Positions 10,118-20,410 of a stretch of 64,000 nucleotides of DNA are shown here, one piece after another. Each line of letters opens with the position of its first letter. The stretch's first letter is position 1. A program made the position numbers and the translations under genes. This stretch comes from Trichormus sp. ATA11-4-KO1 (GTDB lineage Bacteria; Cyanobacteriota; Cyanobacteriia; Cyanobacteriales; Nostocaceae), in assembly GCA_019358915.1 (NCBI GenBank), contig JAHHIM010000073.1, forward strand, positions 128,001 to 192,000. The letters run 5' to 3'. The notes beneath the pieces were generated by a model. The model was not told the origin of the DNA and searched no databases. It saw only the letters and a list, made by a program, of their open reading frames with translations.

Positions 10118-10579
10118 ATGCAAAAGCTAACCCCCTTCTTAATTAGTTGCGTTTTATTTTTTGGCGCTGCTGCTTGTAATGATACTGCGAGAACAGATAG
10201 TGCCGCTCCTGCACCTGGTGAAGTTCCAGAAGCACCAACTGCACAGACAACACAAGAGTCTCTAGAAGAATCTCAAAGCGATGTCCGCAGAAGACAACTA
10301 GATGCTGATATTCGTGCTCGTGAAGAGCGAACAGCTGCTCTAGATCAAGCTCCTGGCGAAAGAACTCCAGAAGACCTGGCCAGTGAGGTTCGTTCTAAAT
10401 TAGAAGCCAATATACCTGATGGACTACTAACAGTTGAGGCAAATGATGAAGGTATAGTTACCGTATCAGGAACTGTGAATAATCAGGATCAATTATCTAA
10501 AATTGAACCTTTGGCACAGGAAATTTACGGAGTCAATGATGTAGTTGTCGATGCAGTTGTTGCTCCGCCACAAGGTTAA
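10118..10579 (+). CDS. BON-domain lipoprotein
   Basis: Lipobox AAAC; C-terminal BON (V.VSGTV...GVNDV). Start taken at ATG 10118. Confidence 0.85.
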   Translation: MQKLTPFLISCVLFFGAAACNDTARTDSAAPAPGEVPEAPTAQTTQESLEESQSDVRRRQLDADIRAREERTAALDQAPGERTPEDLASEVRSKLEANIPDGLLTVEANDEGIVTVSGTVNNQDQLSKIEPLAQEIYGVNDVVVDAVVAPPQG

Positions 10580-10726
10580 ATTTGTTGACCCCCAGTAAGT
10601 GAAAAATTTTGGATTTTAGATTGAGTAAGTTAATCTAAAGTCCAAAATTACACCAAAATCAAAATTATTTATATTTTATGAATTTTTAAATTCATTTAAT
10701 GCTGTAGTTACCAAAACCAAAAAACT

Positions 10727-11194
10727 ATGGAAATTCGACAACAGCAACTAGAAGCCGCCGATGCCATTTCACCAGAAGGTATCCTACCATCTGTAAGCGT
10801 CGAAGCCGAAAACTTACCTAAGCTACCTCCAGCTAAAGAACCTGAAGCTCAATGGCGTCGAGTTGTTAATCAAGTTTCTTACTTTTTAGAGCGGCTACCA
10901 GAATATTTAAGTAATTTTTTGCACAAAAATCAGCGACCTCTGATTAACATTGCTTTAGTTTTGTCAACAGTTGTCGCTGTCAAAATCGTACTAGCAGTAC
11001 TGGATGCAATCAATGATATTCCCTTACTATCACCAACTTTTGAATTGATTGGGATTGGTTACTTTGCGTGGTTTAGTTTGCGTTATCTCATCAAAGCTGA
11101 AACTCGCCAAGAATTAACTGAAAATATTCGCTCGCTGAAACAACAAATAATGGATGACGAAGCACCCAAATCGAATGATATTGTGTCTAGTTAA
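10727..11194 (+). CDS. CAAD/CURT1-like membrane protein
   Basis: AINDIPLLSPTFELIGIGY..WF..RYL...RQEL signature. Confidence 0.85.
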   Translation: MEIRQQQLEAADAISPEGILPSVSVEAENLPKLPPAKEPEAQWRRVVNQVSYFLERLPEYLSNFLHKNQRPLINIALVLSTVVAVKIVLAVLDAINDIPLLSPTFELIGIGYFAWFSLRYLIKAETRQELTENIRSLKQQIMDDEAPKSNDIVSS

Positions 11195-11226
11195 AAACTG
11201 ATCATTATCCTGAATTTTTACAGGAT

Positions 11227-11396
11227 TTCTAAACCTCTCTCCGCTTTAAGGCTACTGGACTGACAAGCCTAAAATGGTTCATTATAATTTTCTTGTGGTG
11301 CATCATTTTAGACTAGACACGCCACTACAAAAAAGCATTTGGAGTAATTCAATCATTTGTGTATACACTGTAGCTGCTTGAGAGAGAGGTTTAGAA
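11227..11396. mobile_element. Nested MITE-like element
   Basis: Perfect 15-bp inverted repeat TTCTAAACCTCTCTC/GAGAGAGGTTTAGAA enclosing an inner element whose left end resembles 63181-63205. Confidence 0.6.
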
Positions 11397-11627
11397 TTGG
11401 CAACATCTCAACAAATATATTAGACGATGAGAAATTGCGACTATACAAACGTAGACGCTTATCGCTAAAGCATAAACTCCACTAACACGTAGTGTGCTAC
11501 GTCTAAAGACAGAGAAAATCAAACTATTTTATTTAAATTACTTCTCAGGATAGTAGATTTATTATTTTCAACAGCATAATCTAGGTCACGAAGTTATTCG
11601 ACAAATTCTTTAAAAAGGACATAAATT

Positions 11628-12032
11628 ATGACTAATAAAGCTAATAAAGCGATAGATTCATCTGAACGTGTAGATAAAGATACATATGATAGAGGAATAG
11701 TACCCGCCGAAACTGCTGCTCGGAAAGAGAGAGAAGGAGAAAACTACAAAACGCTCCCCACAGAAGAAAAGCAGGTAAATGCATCTACCGATGACCAAAC
11801 CGATGCAGAGAGCATAAATACTACTGACGGCTACACAGTAGACAAAGAAGGTTTATTAAATAACTACCCAGTTGAACCGGAAATGTACTATGAAGTACCA
11901 GGCGATGCACGACAAGAAGCAGCAGAAGACACCGCAGAACGTGTTGAAGAACTTTTAGAAGTGAATCAGGATCAAGAAGGTGAGTTGACAGAAAATCGTG
12001 ACAGCAGGGGTAAAGGCCCAGGAATAATTTAG
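11628..12032 (+). CDS. Acidic hydrophilic hypothetical protein
   Basis: 134-aa ORF with AAGGA RBS; GYTVDKEGLLNNYPVEPEMY motif typical of cyanobacterial small proteins. Confidence 0.8.
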   Translation: MTNKANKAIDSSERVDKDTYDRGIVPAETAARKEREGENYKTLPTEEKQVNASTDDQTDAESINTTDGYTVDKEGLLNNYPVEPEMYYEVPGDARQEAAEDTAERVEELLEVNQDQEGELTENRDSRGKGPGII

Positions 12033-12076
12033 TTAGTCACCGCCACTGTCCAGAATTTTAATAAAACTCCATCCCT

Positions 12077-12112
12077 AACCCTTCTCTTGCTAACGCGTGA
12101 GAGGGGTTTTTT
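12077..12112 (+). terminator. Probable intrinsic terminator
   Basis: AACCCTTCTC...GAGAGGGGTT stem followed by a T-run. Confidence 0.5.
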
Positions 12113-12867
12113 GACATCCTCTCCCGCCTAAAGGCGTGACACGTCCGTTTTAATGTTAACTGCGGCGTTCACCTCGATGAATGGGATGATTTTAGTCTCA
12201 CACAAAGTCGCGATCGCAGTAGTGTTGCGTAACAAAGAGTAGGCGCAAAGAGGAAGGTTCACCGATCATTTGTACTTTGTCTATACAAGTAATTTCATTA
12301 ATCAGATTAGATTACTATAGTTTCATTGTCGCCAAGTTTGCATAGCGTGTTGGAAGTTGTATTCTATTTGCATAGGCTGAAAAAAGTGAGATGCTTCCCT
12401 AATTTTTCCTCTCTTGTTAATAGGTATATTTCTCAAAATTTTAACATCAGATTTTTGATACACTTTTTAAATTAGTATTGAGTGCTTATTTAAACAATAC
12501 TTAGATCGAGATTTTGAATATGCTAATCTTGATTTTAAATTTATGTATATGCCGTAACTATTTTGTTTTTCTTAATATTTTTATTATCCAAAAAATATGC
12601 TATTTATTTTATGTGGTTCCATGGTAGTCTACATTCGATTCTAAAAAACTTGATATTAACCGCATGAAAGCAATTAGCTAATTCAAGAAGCTCTAATTGC
12701 TGTAAAGACTGGATTATATACAAAATATAGTATTTGCTAATCAATCAGTATTTTAGTAAAGCAAAGACACCGATATATTAGAGATTGATTATCATAGAGT
12801 TATTAACTTTCAGATTGAGTTAACACTGAAAACGATATCTGAACCTTCGCAAACAGGTTATTTTAAC

Positions 12868-14163
12868 ATGTTCGCCTCCAAAATCTTAGTTGTTGAAGAT
12901 GAAAAACTCCTAGCGTTAAATATTATAAATACTTTACAGAAGTTAGGATACAATGTTCCGGAAATCACTTATTCTGGAGAGGAAGCAATAAAAAAAGTAT
13001 CAGAAACGCATCCACATCTAGTATTAATTGATATATCCTTATCAGGAGAAATCGATGGTGTGAAAGTAGCAGATACTATCCAGAAAGATTTCCATATTCC
13101 CGTATTGTATTTAATTGAGTATTCAGAATATAAATTACATAATCAGCGACTAAGTGAGCCTTTTAGCTATATATTGAAACCGTTTGCAGAAACAGACCTG
13201 CACATTGCTGTAGAAATGGCTATTTATAAGCACCAGGTTAAGCAACAATTGCAGGAAGAAAAACAAAGACTGGAGTCAGTGATTGACAGTATGCCCTGTG
13301 CAGTAATTGTCACATATACCAGTGGTTGTATCCAAATGATGAATCCAATGGCAGAAGCACTAACTGGTTGGCAGCAAGATGAAGCATTTGGGAGAGATTT
13401 AGCAGAAGTTGTAAATTTAGTTGACAAAGATATGGACGAAGCAATTGAGAATTTAGCCACACAGGTAATGGAAGCAGGAGAGGTTTTGAACCTACCAGAA
13501 AACTGTACGCTGATTGCCAAAGATGGTAGAGAAATACCGATTGGAGATAATATCGCACCCATCCGCGATCGCAATGGCCAAATTACGGGTGCGGTGTTAG
13601 TTTTTCAAGACATTACTCAACGTAAGCAGATGGAAGCGCAACTGCTGCGGAATGCTTTTTATGACGGACTAACAGCACTACCCAATCGAGTGTTATTTTT
13701 AGATCGACTCAAGCAAGCAATAGAACGCAGCAAACGACGCACCGATTATCGATTCGCGGTTTTGTTTTTGGATTTAGATGGCTTCAAAGGAATTAACGAT
13801 CGCTTTGGGCATGGCATGGGGGATAATTTTTTAGTCGCGATCGCCCGCCGCTTAGAGTCGTGTGTACGCAGTGGCGATACTGTAGGGCGATTTGGTGGTG
13901 ATGAATTTGCCGTACTGTTAGAGGAAATTAAAGACGTTACTGATGCCACAAACGTCGCCAAACGGATTCAAGACACCTTAGGGTTGCCACTTAGCCTCAA
14001 TGGACATCAGATATACACCACAGCCAGCATTGGTATTGCCTTGAATAGCGGTGGTTACGATGAACCTGAAAGCCTACTGCGGGATGCAGATATTGCCATG
14101 TACCGTGCTAAAAAGCAGGGAAAAGCTCGTTATGGCGTATTTGATCAGGCTACCAATTGTTAA
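12868..14163 (+). CDS. Diguanylate cyclase (REC-PAS-GGDEF)
   Basis: Receiver domain, PAS, intact GGDEF with RxxD (RSGD) inhibitory site. Confidence 0.93.
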   Translation: MFASKILVVEDEKLLALNIINTLQKLGYNVPEITYSGEEAIKKVSETHPHLVLIDISLSGEIDGVKVADTIQKDFHIPVLYLIEYSEYKLHNQRLSEPFSYILKPFAETDLHIAVEMAIYKHQVKQQLQEEKQRLESVIDSMPCAVIVTYTSGCIQMMNPMAEALTGWQQDEAFGRDLAEVVNLVDKDMDEAIENLATQVMEAGEVLNLPENCTLIAKDGREIPIGDNIAPIRDRNGQITGAVLVFQDITQRKQMEAQLLRNAFYDGLTALPNRVLFLDRLKQAIERSKRRTDYRFAVLFLDLDGFKGINDRFGHGMGDNFLVAIARRLESCVRSGDTVGRFGGDEFAVLLEEIKDVTDATNVAKRIQDTLGLPLSLNGHQIYTTASIGIALNSGGYDEPESLLRDADIAMYRAKKQGKARYGVFDQATNC

Positions 14164-14343
14164 CTTATTTTATCCAAAACACTTAATCCAGGGGCATTTA
14201 CCGATATTTGGTACAATAAAGCATTTTTTATTTGCTAAGAAATATTAATTATTTAAAACACTAAAATTATTCAGCCTATTGAAAAAAACCAGACTTTGAA
14301 GTTCCATGTGCGATTAGTTGCTGATTATTAAGTATGGATTTTG

Positions 14344-14416
14344 CTCACGCAGAGGAGCCACTGCGTTGGGCGGGTCTCCCGACTTGTAGCAAGTGGCGTG
14401 CGCTCCAGACGCAGAG
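14344..14416. repeat. Dispersed repeat CTCACGCAGAG...ACGCAGAG interrupted by a hairpin insert
   Basis: Uninterrupted CTCACGCAGAGACGCAGAG copies at ~25981 and ~44797; this copy carries a GCCACT...AGTGGC stem insert. Confidence 0.55.
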
Positions 14417-14440
14417 AGTTAGAGGTGAGAAAGTTGATTG

Positions 14441-14635
14441 TCATTGGTCTCTACCTGCTGCTTCGCAATGCTGGTTTAAGCGTTCAGCTATCTCCACGGC
14501 GGCAATAATCAATTGCTGTTCCATTTGTCCACAACCTGCCTCATCACTGACTTTTGGGTAAATGTGGGGATTGGATAGCATGGCTGCAAGTAACTGAGAT
14601 GCAGTTTGTTTTAATTCATTAACTTGTGAGTTCAC
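14441..14635 (-). CDS. Small hypothetical protein
   Basis: 64-aa ORF 4 bp downstream of the HPF-CSD gene; LLAAMLSNPHIY motif. Confidence 0.6.
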   Translation of the reverse strand: MNSQVNELKQTASQLLAAMLSNPHIYPKVSDEAGCGQMEQQLIIAAVEIAERLNQHCEAAGRDQ

Positions 14636-14639
14636 ACGC

Positions 14640-15269
14640 TTATTTCCTCCAGTCTAATGGTGGTTCAATTAAGGTTTGATCAGATTTGCCAGCACGAACA
14701 CCCGGTTTATCAACAATCTTGACGGTGCTAGCTTGGGGGCCTTCTTCGCCCTGTTCCAGGGCAAAATGTACACCAGTGCCAATTTCCAAGCGTTCAAAGT
14801 CGTCATGTAATACGCTATTGTGGTGGAAGTAGATTTCTTGACCATCCAAAGTTTTCAGAAAGCCATAACCCTGGTCTCGAAACAGCTTGGTGACAAGTGC
14901 GGTTGTTTCCTGAGCTTGCTCATGACTTTGGGAGCGATCGCTTTCATGTTGGCGCTGATTCAGTTTAATAAGTTGCTGACGAGCGGCATTAAAGGCATCC
15001 CTAATTACTGCATCTAAAGGGTCATATTGGTTACTCTCACCCGGATTGCTTTCTGCCACAATTTCGTGACCCGGTGGTACTGTAATATCAATTCGCACTC
15101 GATAGGGAGAACCGCTACGGGGGCGATCGTGTGTCTTTTCAATGGCTATATGGCAGCTATTAATGTAATTACAAACATGCTCTAATTTGGCAATTTTTTC
15201 ATGAACTAAGGTATCAATTGCATTTGTTTTCTCGACATTGCGATAGGTGATTTCTGGGGGAATTTTCAT
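14640..15269 (-). CDS. HPF/RaiA-family ribosome-associated protein fused to a cold-shock domain
   Basis: N-terminal HPF fold (YRVRIDITVPPG...IRDAF.AA..QL); C-terminal CSD (GYGFL...EIYFH..SV...GPQA). Confidence 0.88.
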   Translation of the reverse strand: MKIPPEITYRNVEKTNAIDTLVHEKIAKLEHVCNYINSCHIAIEKTHDRPRSGSPYRVRIDITVPPGHEIVAESNPGESNQYDPLDAVIRDAFNAARQQLIKLNQRQHESDRSQSHEQAQETTALVTKLFRDQGYGFLKTLDGQEIYFHHNSVLHDDFERLEIGTGVHFALEQGEEGPQASTVKIVDKPGVRAGKSDQTLIEPPLDWRK

Positions 15270-15345
15270 ATTTTCGTCAAAATTCAAATAAGCAACAGCC
15301 AAAAGTAATTCCGGGTATGCTAACTAGTTGTCAGGTGATATTCGT

Positions 15346-15999
15346 CTAACTCAGCACTTTTAAGTCTGGAGCTTTTGTTAGTAAGTCGCGGACTTCATCA
15401 TCTGTAGTTTGGGGAAAGTCTTCATACCACAAACCAACACTATAAAAGGGGCTAGGTGTTGCAGCACAGACTATATCGTCTACCGCTTCTGCCAACTCTT
15501 GGCAGGTTTCGGTTGCAGCCACCGGTACTGCAATCACAATCAGCGCAGGTTGCTGTCGTCGCACAGAGGCCACAGCAGCCCACATGGTGGCACCAGTTGC
15601 TAAACCATCATCTACCAAAATAACTGTACGTCCTTGTAAATCAGGGAAAGGGCGATCGCCTCGATAAAGCTGTTCTCGACGTTCTAACTCTCGTTCTTCT
15701 TGCACTGCGACTCTGGCAATTGTTTCATCGGAGATATTTACCAAGTTGACGATGTGTTCATTAATTATCCGCACACCACCCGAAGCAATTGCCCCCATTG
15801 CCAATTCTTCTTGCTCTGGTACACCTAATTTACGTGCCACAAGTACATCTAAAGGGACATTTAAGGCCTTGGCAATTTCAAAGGCGACGGGTATACCACC
15901 CCTGGGCAGTCCTAACACTATTACATCTGAGCGATTAGCATAATCTGCTAACTCCCCAGCCAAAAATTGACCTGCGGCTGTTCGGTTTTTAAATAGCAT
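15346..15999 (-). CDS. Phosphoribosyltransferase family protein
   Basis: LGLPRGG, RKLGVP, VILVDDGLATGAT PRPP loop; start at ATG 15999 with AGGAG RBS. Confidence 0.9.
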   Translation of the reverse strand: MLFKNRTAAGQFLAGELADYANRSDVIVLGLPRGGIPVAFEIAKALNVPLDVLVARKLGVPEQEELAMGAIASGGVRIINEHIVNLVNISDETIARVAVQEERELERREQLYRGDRPFPDLQGRTVILVDDGLATGATMWAAVASVRRQQPALIVIAVPVAATETCQELAEAVDDIVCAATPSPFYSVGLWYEDFPQTTDDEVRDLLTKAPDLKVLS

Positions 16000-16359
16000 G
16001 GTGTCACGCTCCTGATTTTGTCTCAGAAATGTGCATTTAAGCGTTAACACACATTTATCCTTGACTTTCTGCCTCAAGTAAAGGATTGAATTCTGATGAC
16101 TGTTTTTCTCTTCTCAATAGATCCTAGAAAGCTAAGCATTGTCTGTCCTCTGACTAACGAGGCGATATAGCCAATTTATTGTTCTATCTAATGGAGGAGT
16201 TACTGATTTTGTCACAAATTCTGTAACAGCAATGTGATTTTAACTGGCATTCGTCTAGCATTGAGGAAAAAGCTCCGGGTAATCCCTGAATAAAGCGGTA
16301 ATTTTGTTCAAAGATATACGTGATTATCAAATTCTATTTCTGGGCTTGTTCCTTGTCTT

Positions 16360-16748
16360 GGGATTTGATTGTCTACATTCTCTCACCTAAAGGTCAGGCA
16401 GAAATCACAAACTACCGCACAGTGAAAATTCCTACTAATGCCAACATTCCTATATTTATAAAAGATGAATTTAGCAATTTCTACAAGTCCATGTTTCAAA
16501 CTTCTTATACAAAAGAAGATCAGAAAGTTGCCTTTCTAGAATATGCCTGGGATATGGGCAATTGCGACCCCTGTTCCGCCGACCCCTTGAACCGAGAAGA
16601 AATGCAGCAAGCAGGCCTATTTTGGCTTGATGATAATTCAGCAAGTATGCCAGATGCCTTGCTAACCAACTGGCAGATCCAAGACATTCGCCAAAAAATG
16701 AAGTTAAGCGTCGGTAATTTGACTAATTCTTGGTGGCAAATTTTCTGA
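16360..16748 (+). pseudogene. DUF2330-family fragment
   Basis: DLIVYILSPKGQAEITNYRTVKIP...FLEYAWDMGNCDPCSADPL is the middle of the family; N-terminus absent and an internal segment appears deleted. Confidence 0.65.
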
Positions 16749-16905
16749 TCTTGGTTAAATTTATAGTCCAATTACAGTTTAATAAAAATTTGGGGTTGGG
16801 GAAATTAAACATGAGACAATATCACGACACAAGGTATTTCTCTAGACTTGATTTCATCCAAAATACCAAGATATCATTGCTTTCTTCGCCCAGTCCCAAA
16901 TTGTC

Positions 16906-17556
16906 ATGGTTGAATTCGATGCCCAACTACGTAACTTAGTTGCCCAAGCCTGTGGATACCCACCTGGAAGCCCTCAGCGTCAAAAGCTGCTCACACAAAT
17001 TATTCGCCTAACAGCCAGTAGACTTTGGCGGGAAAGTACTCCCTACTATCAAGATGCACTGCAACAAACTTGGTTATATTTTTGCCGCAACGTTTGTGAT
17101 GGTTTGACAGGTCAGACTTACGATCCTAGCTATGGCAGTGTCATAACTTGGTTAAATGCTTATCTAAAACGTAGACTACAAGACTTTTATCTAGACCAGC
17201 AAAACACACAGGCTACAACAGTTTCTGTCAAGCTGCATCAGTTTAAGTCGGGTGAAAGTAGCGAAACCATTGATCCAGTAGATAATTTGCCAGCTAGTCC
17301 CCAAGCACCTCCCATTTTAGAAAACTTGGAAATATGGGCTAAGACAGACTCAGATGGAGAACTACGTAGTACTCACATTAAAGGACACCCAGAGGTGAAT
17401 TGTCAGGTGTTAATCCTCAAACGCCTACCCCCAGAAGTTAGCTGGAAAGATTTATCCAGAGAATTCGGGCTGCCAATTCCGACTTTAAGCAGTTTTTATC
17501 AGCGTCAGTGCCTACCACGTTTACGTAAATTTGCTGAGTTGGAGGGCTTGTTGTAG
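16906..17556 (+). CDS. Sigma-70-like factor (cyanobacterial DUF1822-associated type)
   Basis: Region-2-like YQDALQQTW...TWLNAYLKRRLQD and C-terminal HTH SWKDLSREFGLPIPTLSSFYQR. Confidence 0.78.
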   Translation: MVEFDAQLRNLVAQACGYPPGSPQRQKLLTQIIRLTASRLWRESTPYYQDALQQTWLYFCRNVCDGLTGQTYDPSYGSVITWLNAYLKRRLQDFYLDQQNTQATTVSVKLHQFKSGESSETIDPVDNLPASPQAPPILENLEIWAKTDSDGELRSTHIKGHPEVNCQVLILKRLPPEVSWKDLSREFGLPIPTLSSFYQRQCLPRLRKFAELEGLL

Positions 17557-17560
17557 ATCC

Positions 17561-20227
17561 ATGACTAAAGCAACTAGGGTTTGTTGTCCAAATTCTGGAG
17601 TGAGAAACCGGAAGAAAAAAGGTAAGATGTTTCTGCCTTTGTACTTCCTGATAGCTTTACTGTGTATCCTTAGTTCACCCGTGCTGGGAAAAATGCCGAT
17701 CGCCCTCAACGAATCATCTCAAGCGATCACTTCTGTAAATTCTTCTCCAGCATCTCACTGGCAACAAGGTAAAATATTATACGATGCCGGGCAGTTTGCG
17801 GCAGCAGTGCAGATATTACAGCAAGCAGCACAGGAATACCAGCAGCAGGGAGATCACCTGAGACAAGCTACCACCTTGAGCAATTTATCCCTAGCTTATC
17901 AACAACTAGGTGCTTGGAATGAGGCACAACGGGCAATTACAGACAGCTTGAATTTATTGAGAGGACAGGAGAAAAACCAACATCTGCTAGTACTTGCTCA
18001 ATCACTAGATATTCAAGGTCGTCTGCAACTAGCCACGGGACAAACAGAAGCAGCTTTAACAACATGGCAACAGACAGCAGAACTTTACAGACAAGTAAAA
18101 AATCAAAATGGCGTAGTGCGATCGCAGATCAATCAAGCACAGGCGTGGCGGACTCAAGGATTTTATCGTCGGGCTGTAGAAATCCTCGAAGCGGCAACTG
18201 AGCAATTAAAATCTCAACCAGACTCCCTAGCAAAAGCAGTAGGATTGCGATCGCTCGGTGATGCCCTTTTGGTAGCGGGGAATCATAAAAAATCACAAGT
18301 TGCTCTCCAGGAAAGTTTGAATATTGCTCAACGCCTACAATCCAGCACTGACATCGGGGCTAGCCTTTTTAGTTTGGGGAACAACGCTCTAGCACAGCAG
18401 CAAAAACAACAGGCAATTACTTATTATCAGCAAACAGTTCAATTATCCCCCTCGCCCTTGACAAAAGTCCAAGCGCAACTCAATCAACTCAGTTTGCTCA
18501 TTGAAGATCGAAAACTAGCAGAAATTGCAACTTTACTACCATCAATTCAATCCCAACTCAAAGAGCTACCCCCCAGCCGTGGTGCAATTTACGCCCAGAT
18601 TAACTTTGCACAAAGTTTGATGAAATTGGGCAGAGGAGCAGAGGCGACTACTAGTATAAGTTCTTCCCCAATCCCCAACACTCAAGATTTAGCAAAATTA
18701 CTCGCCACTTCCGTCCAACAATCGCGTAGTTTGGGCGATCAGCAAGCAGAAGCTTATGCACTTTTGAGCTTGGGTAGTTTGTACGAGCGGAATCAGCAGT
18801 GGTCAGAAGCGCAAAAGCTGACCCAGCAGGCATTAAGTTTAGCTCAGGCGAATAACGCCCTGGAAATTGCTTATCGCTCGGAGTGGCAGTTAGGTAGATT
18901 ACTTTGGGTACAAAAAGACATTCAGGGCGCGATCGCCGCTTATGATGCTGCTACGGCAACTCTCAAATCTCTCCGCAGTGACTTAGTAGCAGTTAATCAA
19001 AATGTGCAATTTAATTTCCGGGATAGTGTCGAACCAATATACCGCCAATCAGTAGATTTACTATTACACTCCCAACCAGGAAAACTGGATGAAAAAACTT
19101 TAGATAAAGCCCGGCACAGAATTGAGGCATTGCAATTGGCAGAATTAGATAACTTCTTTCGAGAAGCTTGTCTACAAGGTAATACAGTAACCATAGATCA
19201 AGTAGTAGAACAAGATAATACAACTGCTGCCATCCTTTACCCAATTATTCTCCCCGAACAAATTCAGGTAATTGTCAAAATTCCCCATAAACCTCTACAA
19301 CATTACAGTACCAACATTAATCAAACAGAAGTAGATCAAGTTTTAACAAAACTGCGAAATCATCTGGTTAATCCTGCTGCTACCAACGCCATCAAAACCC
19401 AATCACAACAAGTTTACAAGTGGCTGATTCAACCCATTGAGTCGGAATTATCAGCCAGTAAAGTGAATACCCTAGTATTTGTTCTAGATGGAGCGTTACG
19501 TAATTTACCAATGGCTGCACTCTATGATGGACAGAAATACTTAATTGAAAAATATGCGATCGCCCTCAGCGTTGGTCTGCAACTCCAAAACCCCAAACCC
19601 CTACTACCACAAAAACTCAGAGCTTTAATTGCCGGGCTAACTCAGCCACCAGAGGATTTCCCCAACTTTTCACCCTTACCTGCCATCAAGTCTGAAGTTA
19701 ATTCCATTGCTAGCGCCGGAGTCTCCATCACCAGTCTGCTAGATCAGCAGTTCACCCGCAAGGCACTGGAAAAGCATGTGAATGCTACTTCATTCAATGT
19801 AGTGCATCTGGCAACTCATGGTCAGTTTAGCTCTAGCGCTGAGAAAACCTTTATTTTGGCTGCCGATGGCGCGATCAATGTTACACAATTTGATAGTTTG
19901 CTTCGCAGTCGGGATGAGACTCAACTGCAAGCTGTAGAACTATTAGTTTTGAGTGCTTGCCAAACAGCAACAGGAGACAACCGTGCAGCCCTGGGGCTAG
20001 CGGGAGCAGCAGTACGAGCAGGGGCACGTAGTACCTTGGCTTCTTTGTGGCAGATTGATGATGAATCTACAGCCTTGTTTGTTGGTGATTTCTATCGAGA
20101 ACTTCAGAAAGGTAATGTCACCAAAGCCGCAGCATTGCGCCATGCTCAACTCCAACTACTACAACATCCTAATTACAGGGCACCAAGCTTTTGGTCTACC
20201 TATGTGTTAATTGGTAATTGGTTGTGA
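17561..20227 (+). CDS. TPR-CHAT (caspase/HetF-like) protease with N-terminal hydrophobic segment
   Basis: TPR repeats; CHAT His (HLATHGQF) and Cys (LSACQTA); P.FW..YVLIGNWL end. Start uncertain (17561 or 17627). Confidence 0.92.
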   Translation: MTKATRVCCPNSGVRNRKKKGKMFLPLYFLIALLCILSSPVLGKMPIALNESSQAITSVNSSPASHWQQGKILYDAGQFAAAVQILQQAAQEYQQQGDHLRQATTLSNLSLAYQQLGAWNEAQRAITDSLNLLRGQEKNQHLLVLAQSLDIQGRLQLATGQTEAALTTWQQTAELYRQVKNQNGVVRSQINQAQAWRTQGFYRRAVEILEAATEQLKSQPDSLAKAVGLRSLGDALLVAGNHKKSQVALQESLNIAQRLQSSTDIGASLFSLGNNALAQQQKQQAITYYQQTVQLSPSPLTKVQAQLNQLSLLIEDRKLAEIATLLPSIQSQLKELPPSRGAIYAQINFAQSLMKLGRGAEATTSISSSPIPNTQDLAKLLATSVQQSRSLGDQQAEAYALLSLGSLYERNQQWSEAQKLTQQALSLAQANNALEIAYRSEWQLGRLLWVQKDIQGAIAAYDAATATLKSLRSDLVAVNQNVQFNFRDSVEPIYRQSVDLLLHSQPGKLDEKTLDKARHRIEALQLAELDNFFREACLQGNTVTIDQVVEQDNTTAAILYPIILPEQIQVIVKIPHKPLQHYSTNINQTEVDQVLTKLRNHLVNPAATNAIKTQSQQVYKWLIQPIESELSASKVNTLVFVLDGALRNLPMAALYDGQKYLIEKYAIALSVGLQLQNPKPLLPQKLRALIAGLTQPPEDFPNFSPLPAIKSEVNSIASAGVSITSLLDQQFTRKALEKHVNATSFNVVHLATHGQFSSSAEKTFILAADGAINVTQFDSLLRSRDETQLQAVELLVLSACQTATGDNRAALGLAGAAVRAGARSTLASLWQIDDESTALFVGDFYRELQKGNVTKAAALRHAQLQLLQHPNYRAPSFWSTYVLIGNWL

Positions 20228-20246
20228 TTGTGGCACAGTGTATAGC

Positions 20247-20272
20247 AGAGGTGGCAAATTCTCCACCTCTTT
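20247..20272 (+). terminator. Hairpin after the CHAT gene
   Basis: AGAGGTGG-N8-CCACCTCT then TT. Confidence 0.4.
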
Positions 20273-20410
20273 GGTAAAACTTCAGGTGTTACTGATTAAA
20301 TTTAATTTCTGGATCTGTCTATACTACTGACCTAAATATTTTTATTGTTGATTGAGTGTATAAATTAGTGTTAAGTTTGGGCTTTCGTACCAAACACACA
20401 AGGGTATTTT

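Noticed and set aside
12112..12150. IS200/IS605-like end remnant (GACATCCTCTCCCGCCTAAAGGCG)
   Set aside because: Too short, with no transposase or matching other end.
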